A program made the translations under genes and the position numbers. This document shows positions 51,050 to 57,601 of a stretch of 64,000 nt of DNA, piece after piece. The first letter of the stretch is position 1; each line of letters opens with the position of its first letter. A model generated the notes under the pieces. The model saw nothing but the letters and a program-made list of their open reading frames with translations, made no database searches and was not told the origin of the DNA. This stretch comes from Oscillospiraceae bacterium (GTDB lineage: Bacteria; Bacillota; Clostridia; Oscillospirales; Butyricicoccaceae). The DNA lies in the NCBI GenBank assembly GCA_015068285.1, contig SVKW01000001.1, positions 134 through 64,133 of the forward strand. Direction: 5' to 3'.

Positions 51050-51385
51050 CTATATCACCTCATGCTTTCTGAGAATAGCCAGCACTTCTTCCTCGCTTTT
51101 TATGCCTACAGAGCGTGTTTTTTCCACACCGTTTACATAGAGGGCGATGCAGGGAATGCTGATGATGTTGCTTTTTGCGGCAGCCAGCGGAGCCGAATCG
51201 ATGTCTACGCCGTACACCTTGACATTATCATAATACTGATGACCGATATTTTCAAGCCCCCACATCATATTTTTGCTGTTTTCGTCCCACTTTGCCATAA
51301 AAAACATAATGAGTGGACGCTTTTCATTCTGAATTATATAATTGAAATCGTCATTTGTCAGCATTTCAAGCCGTTTGTTATCCAT
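51050..51385 (-). CDS. Thioredoxin-fold protein lacking the CxxC motif
   Basis: 111 aa with thioredoxin-like topology cues (..IMFFMAKWDENSKNM.. where WCGPC is expected; ..IPCIALY..). Confidence 0.6.
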   Translation of the reverse strand: MDNKRLEMLTNDDFNYIIQNEKRPLIMFFMAKWDENSKNMMWGLENIGHQYYDNVKVYGVDIDSAPLAAAKSNIISIPCIALYVNGVEKTRSVGIKSEEEVLAILRKHEVI

Positions 51386-51570
51386 AGCGCGCTCCTTAAA
51401 ACTATGTCATTATATTATTATTTATATGTATACCCCATCCCGTATACTTATGCGCATAGAATTATCATTATATCTTATTCCATTATAACACATACTTGCA
51501 GAAAAACCAATGTTTTTTTCTTTACAAGAGGAAAAATTTTTGATATTATAATAAAGGTAAGTGGATTGTG

Positions 51571-51737
51571 CCCGGCTTCCTCTGACGAGGGGGCGAATCC
51601 TGTTTAATCTGTCGAGCCCCGCCCTTACATTATATGCGGTACGTCGGCAAGCGCCGTACCCTACAGAGATTGTGCGTATTTTCGGACCGTCGGGGACGCC
51701 GGTCCCTACAACTGTCAACTCTCAATTTTCAACTCAA
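51571..51737. repeat. REP/BIME-like mosaic abutting the tRNA
   Basis: ggtacg-tcggcaagcgc-cgtacc-CTACA (51638-51665), ggaccg-tcggggacgc-cggtcc-CTACA (51684-51710), and aactgtcaactctcaattttcaactcaat. Compare 45516-45552. Confidence 0.88.
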
Positions 51738-51742
51738 TATAT

Positions 51743-51819
51743 GTCTCCGTAGCTCAGCTGGATAGAGCGTCAGACTCCGACTCTGAAGGCCGTGCGTTCG
51801 AATCGCATCGGGGATGCCA
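51743..51819 (+). tRNA. tRNA-Arg (anticodon CCG), CCA encoded
   Basis: Hand-folded cloverleaf. Acceptor gtctccg/cggggat, D arm gctc-agctggata-gagc. Anticodon arm tcaga-ctCCGac-tctga, T arm gtgcg-ttcgaat-cgcat. Ends in discriminator G plus CCA. Confidence 0.88.
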
Positions 51820-51822
51820 AAA

Positions 51823-51849
51823 ACCCATTTCGTATGAAATGGGTTTTTT
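51823..51849 (+). terminator. Terminator after the tRNA
   Basis: acccattt-cgtatg-aaatgggt followed by TTTTT. Confidence 0.7.
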
Positions 51850-51950
51850 CTATAAAACCCCCGCTGTTTTATTGAGATTTGTAATATATTGTTGAATAGC
51901 CCCTTTTTCCGTGCTACAATGACCGAAGAAACGCTGTTTTTTGCCGGCTG

Positions 51951-51963
51951 CAACCATTGGTTG
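51951..51963. promoter_or_regulatory. CAACC-N3-GGTTG palindrome overlapping a TTGACA, upstream of XRE-TM paralog A
   Basis: caaccattggttgaca, 120 nt upstream of the ATG. The same arrangement lies 124 nt upstream of paralog B. Confidence 0.5.
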
Positions 51964-52070
51964 ACATATTTCAAGGTTCAGTTGGTAGCTTTTTTTCTGC
52001 ATTTTTTATAAAATCAAGTAGTAATCGGACGGGCAAACATCATCTGTCTTTCCGATGAAAGGTCATTCTT

Positions 52071-53321
52071 ATGAATATACATCTTAAAATACAGGAGCTC
52101 CGCAAGAAGGCAGGACTTTCTCAGGAGGGTTTTGCCGAGCGGCTTGGCGTTTCCCGTCAGGCTGTTTCCAAGTGGGAATCGGGCGCAAGCACTCCTGACA
52201 TTGAAAAAATAATCGCCATTTCCAAAATCTTTGAAATCTCTCTTTCCGAGCTTCTGACGGGCGAAAAGGAGGAGGCGCCTCTCTCCGCTGAGGCTCCGGC
52301 AGAAATCGCTGTAAACGATGAAAAATACGAGGAGCTTTTGCAGGACCATCTCCTGCAGATAGATGAGATGCTCAAAAAGGGAAAGAAAAAGCGTCTTATA
52401 TGGGGCATTGCCATTATTCTTGTTGTGGTCATTGTGATTTTCGGATATCTGATCCATCACAACAATGAGCTTCACGCTCTTGAAGCCAACATCAAAACAC
52501 TGCAAAGCGATATGTCCGGCATTGCCAATATACGCACCGACATAAACCACCAGATTTATTCCATCCGTCAGGAAATTTCCGACACCTTAAAGAAGGAATA
52601 CGGCATGGTAAGCGATTTTGACATCGAATACCGCGATATGAGTTTCCCTGACCGCACAGTTGTGCTTGATATTTACGCTTCACCAAGGCTGTGGAATAAC
52701 GGGGACAGAATAAGCTTTATCATCGAATCTGACGGAGAAAGGCTGACTGTCGACGGCATTTATGAAGACGGCACCGCGACGGCAACCGTTACTGTGCCGC
52801 TCACCGACAACATTCAGGTTTCCGCCTGCATTATAAGCGGCGGCACTACCGTGCAGGAAAGGCTTGACGACATTCGCTCGCTTCTCAGCCTTCATCTTTT
52901 AGATGTTGACGGACACGGCTCAATAAGCTCGACTTACACCGAAGGCAGCGACAGTTTTACCCTTGATGGCTCTGTCTCGGTTTTTGTAAGCACCAAGCTT
53001 TACGATGAAAACAAGTCGGCAAAATCCCAGATAAAATCCCTCACTCTTGAGTTTATCGAAAACGGAAAGGCAACTCAGACTGTCGATATGCTTGAGCTTA
53101 AGCCCGACTTCAATGCCGCCGAAATGTGCAATTTCAACTATTCGGTGGATACCATTGAGCGGCCGCTCAAAGCGGGGGACACCTATGAATTTGTTGTCAC
53201 CCTCACCGACCTTAACAATGTGACATACCGCGGTGTGTTGGAGCGCATTGAAATAGGCGATAATCTCACCATCGAGCACGATAAGTCATATTACGGCAGT
53301 TTTGAGGCAATTCTGCCATAA
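52071..53321 (+). CDS. Membrane-tethered XRE-HTH one-component regulator, paralog A
   Basis: N-terminal HTH (LSQEGFAERLGVSRQAVSKWESG), one TM segment (LIWGIAIILVVVIVIFGYLI), then an extracytoplasmic beta-rich domain of about 290 aa with no recognised family. Confidence 0.75.
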   Translation: MNIHLKIQELRKKAGLSQEGFAERLGVSRQAVSKWESGASTPDIEKIIAISKIFEISLSELLTGEKEEAPLSAEAPAEIAVNDEKYEELLQDHLLQIDEMLKKGKKKRLIWGIAIILVVVIVIFGYLIHHNNELHALEANIKTLQSDMSGIANIRTDINHQIYSIRQEISDTLKKEYGMVSDFDIEYRDMSFPDRTVVLDIYASPRLWNNGDRISFIIESDGERLTVDGIYEDGTATATVTVPLTDNIQVSACIISGGTTVQERLDDIRSLLSLHLLDVDGHGSISSTYTEGSDSFTLDGSVSVFVSTKLYDENKSAKSQIKSLTLEFIENGKATQTVDMLELKPDFNAAEMCNFNYSVDTIERPLKAGDTYEFVVTLTDLNNVTYRGVLERIEIGDNLTIEHDKSYYGSFEAILP

Positions 53322-53447
53322 AATACGGAACATACGGTTTCTCTCAACAGCGGATATCCCCGATAACAGCCATCGGGGATTTATCCCATTTTTAACCTGT
53401 GTTTCATTAAATACATTAAATAATATACATATTTCGGAGGCATCATT

Positions 53448-53831
53448 ATGAAACAGAAAATCACATCTATCGGTACACTCATTGTAGGTCTTCTTCTCGC
53501 TGTTGGTCCGCAGTTTATCTTCAAGCCATGCCCGACAACAGAAAAGTTCATGAAGTGTTTCTGGAGCTGTAAGGCTCTCATCGTTGTCGGCGCTGTAGTT
53601 GCAATTATCGCACTTCTTCAGCTTATGGCAAAGGAAAAGGAAAGCAAGAAGCTTCTCTCGGTAGCCGCTCTCGCTCTTCTCGTTTCCGCAATTCTCATTC
53701 CAACAGTCATCATCGGCGGATGTGCAAAGCCTGAAATGGCTTGTAAGATGCTCACATTCCCTGTGACACATTCCCTCTCCGTTATCGGCATCGTGCTTCA
53801 GGGCATCGGTCTTGTAGGCAAAAACAAGTAA
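53448..53831 (+). CDS. Small 4-TM Cys-containing membrane protein (DUF4418-like, by recollection)
   Basis: 127 aa with ...FKPCPTTEKFMKCFWSCKA... and ...GGCAKPEMACKM... RBS GGAGG. Confidence 0.6.
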   Translation: MKQKITSIGTLIVGLLLAVGPQFIFKPCPTTEKFMKCFWSCKALIVVGAVVAIIALLQLMAKEKESKKLLSVAALALLVSAILIPTVIIGGCAKPEMACKMLTFPVTHSLSVIGIVLQGIGLVGKNK

Positions 53832-53919
53832 ACAACGCGCTTTTCGGGTATTTTCGGTTGCTAAATCGGGAATACCCATACTGCGTTTATGAAAATATAA
53901 AATATCAAAGGAATTAAAA

Positions 53920-55131
53920 ATGATTACCCAGACTATTGCGCTTAAAAATCTCGGCCGCAGACCTGTCCGTACATGGTGCATGATTTTCTTTGTTTTCATG
54001 CTGGCGGCTTCGCTTTTCCTCAGCTCTGTCCTTGTCGACAGTATGGAAAGCACAATCGAAAAGACAACAAACCGAATGGGCGCCGATGTTATCGTTGTGC
54101 CTAAGGAATTTGAACGGGAAATGGCAGATTCTCTCTTTCTCGGCGAGCTTTGCAACTTCACATTTGACAAGAAGTGGGTTGAAAACATCTCAGCCGTTGA
54201 AGGCGTTGCAAAGGCTTCACCTCAGCTTTATATGGAAACTCTCGATGCAGCCTGCTGTGCCGCACCTGTTCAGCTTGTGGCTTATGACCCTGAAACAGAC
54301 TTTATCATCACTTCCTGGCTTGAGGACGAAAATATCCCTGCGCCAAAGAAGGGCGAAGTTATCGTAGGCTCTCTTGTAACTGCTGATGCAGAAGGCGGCG
54401 ACGGCATTCTTCTCTTCAATACATTATTCCCTGTTATAGCTCATCTTGAAAAGACAGACACAAACTACGATACCTGCGTATTTATGACATACGAAACTGC
54501 TCAGGAAATCATGAGCAGTGAAAAGTGGTATGAAACATTCCGCGAAGAGCCTGTTACAGACGAGCTTGCTTCGACAGTCATGATCAGAATTGAAAACGGT
54601 GTGGACAAGAAGGATGTTGCCCGCAACATCAACTTCAAGATGGACAAGGAATCCCCTGTTTCCGCTTACACAACAAACACAATCATGAGCGAGGCTATGG
54701 ACGCTTCCGAAAGCATGAAGGGCTATACATCTGTTCTCATCACACTTCTTCTCGTTCTCGTAATCGTTGCTCTCGTATGCGTATTCACAATTACAATCAA
54801 TGAAAGAACAAAGGAATTCGGTATTCTCTCCTCTCTCGGCGCTTCTATAGGCAAGCTCTGCCAGATCGTCCTCGGCGAAGGCTTTATTATCGGCTTCACA
54901 GGCGGTCTTATCGGCTGCGCAGTTTCGGCTGTTGTTCTTATAATCTTCAAAGGCACTCTCACAGTCCTTCTTGAGCTTCCAAGACTCAATACAGGCTTTG
55001 GCTATCTTATGATGCTGGGCGCAAAGTGCCTCGGCATCGCTCTCATCGTTTCTGTTCTGGCTTCCCTTTATTCGGCATGGAAGGTCAGCCGCAGCGAGCT
55101 TCACACACTTATCAAAGGGGAGGAATTGTAA
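53920..55131 (+). CDS. FtsX/MacB-type ABC transporter permease
   Basis: N-terminus ALKNLGRRPVRT, a large periplasmic-type loop and a C-terminal FtsX 3-TM bundle. Confidence 0.85.
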   Translation: MITQTIALKNLGRRPVRTWCMIFFVFMLAASLFLSSVLVDSMESTIEKTTNRMGADVIVVPKEFEREMADSLFLGELCNFTFDKKWVENISAVEGVAKASPQLYMETLDAACCAAPVQLVAYDPETDFIITSWLEDENIPAPKKGEVIVGSLVTADAEGGDGILLFNTLFPVIAHLEKTDTNYDTCVFMTYETAQEIMSSEKWYETFREEPVTDELASTVMIRIENGVDKKDVARNINFKMDKESPVSAYTTNTIMSEAMDASESMKGYTSVLITLLLVLVIVALVCVFTITINERTKEFGILSSLGASIGKLCQIVLGEGFIIGFTGGLIGCAVSAVVLIIFKGTLTVLLELPRLNTGFGYLMMLGAKCLGIALIVSVLASLYSAWKVSRSELHTLIKGEEL

Positions 55132-55793
55132 TGCTTATCACAAAACAGCTCACAAAGACATTTTCCCGCCAGAAGAATGACTTTGACGCAGTTCACGAAG
55201 TGGATTTTGAAATAAAGCCGGGCGATTTCTGCGTGCTTACAGGTCCTTCCGGCTGCGGCAAGAGTACATTCTTCCATATGATATGCGGCATCACAAAGCC
55301 TGATTCGGGCGAGATTCTCTTTGACGGTCAGAACATCGAAAAGGACAGCGCTCAGAAATGGGCAGCCCGCAGAGCAACTGACATCAGCTATGTTCTTCAG
55401 GGCGACAGCCTGCTTGCCAACTTCACAGTTCTTGAAAACATCTGTCTGCCGCATCAGCTTTCCTCAAAGTCTGTCGATCTTAAAGATAAGGCTCTCGAAA
55501 TCCTCCGCGAATTTGGCCTTGAAAATATGGCTGACGAATACCCTGCAAATCTTTCGGGCGGTGAACGCAGACGTGTTGCCATTGCCCGCGCATTTGTACA
55601 CGAGCCTAAGCTTGTTGTAGCCGACGAGCCTACAAGTGACCTGGACGAGGAAAACACAAAAATCATCCTTGACTATTTCACACGCCAGGCAAAAAACGGC
55701 AAGGCTATTCTCATCAGTACCCATGACCTTTCCTTTATCAACGATGAAATGAAGCATTATGTGATGAAAAAGGGCGTTATGTCAAAAGTCTAA
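55131..55793 (+). CDS. ABC transporter ATP-binding protein
   Basis: Walker A GPSGCGKST, signature LSGGERRR, Walker B LVVADEPTSDLD. The ATG overlaps the permease stop (TAATG). Confidence 0.92.
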   Translation: MLITKQLTKTFSRQKNDFDAVHEVDFEIKPGDFCVLTGPSGCGKSTFFHMICGITKPDSGEILFDGQNIEKDSAQKWAARRATDISYVLQGDSLLANFTVLENICLPHQLSSKSVDLKDKALEILREFGLENMADEYPANLSGGERRRVAIARAFVHEPKLVVADEPTSDLDEENTKIILDYFTRQAKNGKAILISTHDLSFINDEMKHYVMKKGVMSKV

Positions 55794-55804
55794 AATGCAA
55801 TTTT

Positions 55805-55830
55805 AAAAGCACCTCGGATGAGGTGCTTTT
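55805..55830 (+). terminator. Terminator after the ABC operon (exact copy of 47977-48002)
   Basis: aaaagcacctc-ggat-gaggtgctttt followed by TT. Confidence 0.75.
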
Positions 55831-55881
55831 TTATTGTAAAACGGGGCAAAATATGCTAAAATTAAGAAAAAACCCCCTCCG

Positions 55882-55894
55882 CAACCTGAGGTTG
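55882..55894. promoter_or_regulatory. CAACC-N3-GGTTG palindrome upstream of XRE-TM paralog B
   Basis: caacctgaggttgaca. The downstream agttggt and taaaatc blocks are also conserved with the paralog A upstream region. Confidence 0.5.
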
Positions 55895-56005
55895 ACAAAA
55901 ATCGAGCGGAAGTTGGTGGTATTTTCGCCGATTTTTCACTAAAATCGAATCATAATAAATAAGGTTGTGCACACCTCACCATGTCCCAAGGAGGTAACTT
56001 TATCT

Positions 56006-57268
56006 ATGAATATTCATCTTAAAATACAGGAGCTTCGCAAGAATGCAGGGCTTTCTCAGGAGGCTCTTGCCGAGCAGCTTGGCGTTTCCCGTCAGGCGGT
56101 TTCCAAATGGGAGTCGGGCATAAATATTCCCGACATCGACAAGATTATCGCCATTTCAAAAATCTTCGGCGTTTCCCTTTCCGAGCTCCTTACAGGCGAA
56201 AAGGAGAATGTTTCGGTTGCCGCTGAAACTCCTGTCCCCGACGAAAAATATGAGGAGCTTTTGCAGCAGCATCTTATGCAGGTCGATGCCATGCTCAAAG
56301 AATCGGGCAGAAAAAAGCGCTCAGGCTGGAGCATTGCTTTCCGAATTATTGCGGCGGTCGTCATCTGCTATCTGGTGCTTTTCTATGTCGATAAGCTTCA
56401 GCGTATGGAAAACAATATAAATAATCTCCAGAGCAATGTGGGCAACATCCGCACCGACATAAATCATCAGATTTATTCGATTCAGAAGGAGATTTCCGAA
56501 AGCTTAAAGAAGGAATACGGTCTTATCAGCGACTACACTCTCGATTACCGCGATATGGATTTCCCTCGCCGCACGGTTGTGCTCGATATTTCGGCTTCGC
56601 CGAGACTCTGGAATGAGGGCGACAGCATGGCTTTTATTGTTGAGGCCGACGGCGAGCAGCTTTCCTGCGAGGGAGTTTACAACAACGGCACGGTTTATGC
56701 CGAGATTGAGGTACCTCTCTCGGACAATATTCAGGTTTCGGCGCTTATCACCAACGGCGGCACTGTCAAGCAGGAGAAAATCGACGAGCTTCATGAGCTT
56801 CTCAGTATGCATCTACTTGAAGTGAACGGTCACGGCTCGATTCGCTCGTCACGCGTACTTGGTGATGACCAGCTGACTATGTCGGGCGATATTACTGTTT
56901 ATGCTCACAGTAGGCTTTATGACGAAAGTCAGCCTGTTTTGTCGCGCATAAAGTCGGCAACTTTTGAGCTTATCGAAAACGGCAAGACAACTCAGACTGT
57001 CGATTTGCTGGCGGAAAGTATGAAAAACCGCCCTTATGACAGTCCTATCGACAATGTCCGTGCCGATTTTGATTATACTGTAGGCACTATCGAGCGCACC
57101 ATGAAGGCGGGTGACACTTTTGATTATGTCGTGACGATTGTCGACAACAACGATGTCACTTATAAGGGTATTCTCGAAAGCATTATGGTGACAGACGACC
57201 TCTCTGTCGAGCACAACAAGCGCGACTACGGCGACTTTGAAGTAACTCTGCCTGATAAGGTTGAGTAA
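56006..57268 (+). CDS. Membrane-tethered XRE-HTH one-component regulator, paralog B
   Basis: Same architecture as 52071-53321. The first 67 residues are 57/67 identical by hand alignment. ATG at 56006. Confidence 0.75.
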   Translation: MNIHLKIQELRKNAGLSQEALAEQLGVSRQAVSKWESGINIPDIDKIIAISKIFGVSLSELLTGEKENVSVAAETPVPDEKYEELLQQHLMQVDAMLKESGRKKRSGWSIAFRIIAAVVICYLVLFYVDKLQRMENNINNLQSNVGNIRTDINHQIYSIQKEISESLKKEYGLISDYTLDYRDMDFPRRTVVLDISASPRLWNEGDSMAFIVEADGEQLSCEGVYNNGTVYAEIEVPLSDNIQVSALITNGGTVKQEKIDELHELLSMHLLEVNGHGSIRSSRVLGDDQLTMSGDITVYAHSRLYDESQPVLSRIKSATFELIENGKTTQTVDLLAESMKNRPYDSPIDNVRADFDYTVGTIERTMKAGDTFDYVVTIVDNNDVTYKGILESIMVTDDLSVEHNKRDYGDFEVTLPDKVE

Positions 57269-57275
57269 ATTATAT

Positions 57276-57305
57276 GAAAAAGCACCCATCCGGGTGCTTT
57301 TTATT
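57276..57305 (+). terminator. Terminator after paralog B
   Basis: agcaccc-atcc-gggtgct followed by TTTTT. Confidence 0.7.
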
Positions 57306-57321
57306 TTGCGTTTGATTTTGT

Positions 57322-57596
57322 GGGAGGGCATACCCAAGGGTACTAGCTTCGCGTCGCGAGACCCTCCCCTACGGATATTGACCACGAAAGAGCAGTTGTA
57401 GGGGCGGTTGCTTTCCGCTCCTGTGAAATATCCCCCCTGTCCTGCGGACATCCCCCCTTTAGGCAAGGGGGGCTATTAAAGAGGTGTCTCCGACGGATTA
57501 AATGGGAGTCACTCCCTCAGTCAGCCTTACGGCTGCCAGCTCCCTCGTCTGAGGGAGCCAAGCGTCTTGTACGTAGGGGCGAGCATTGCTCGTCTG
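57322..57596. repeat. REP/BIME-like mosaic
   Basis: gggaggg...ccctccc-CTACG; GTAG-gggcgg-ttgctttc-cgctcc (57398-57422); cccccc-tttaggca-agggggg. Then ggtgtctccgacggattaaatggg plus ctccctcagtcagcc-ttac-ggctgccagctccc-tcgtctga-gggagc, and GTAG-gggcgagca-t-tgctcgtc (57573-57596). Confidence 0.88.
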
Positions 57597-57601
57597 CTTT
57601 T

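Noticed and set aside
53286-54188. 300-aa minus-strand ORF spanning the end of XRE-TM paralog A, the DUF4418-like gene and the start of the FtsX permease.
   Set aside because: It overlaps three well-supported plus-strand genes with good RBSs and crosses their intergenic terminator hairpin. No domain signal.
51743-57300. Genomic island integrated at tRNA-Arg (the tRNA is followed by regulators and an ABC module).
   Set aside because: There is no integrase or recombinase and no duplicated tRNA 3' segment downstream. Composition is similar to the flanks. The region is better described as a regulator/ABC module that happens to follow the tRNA.
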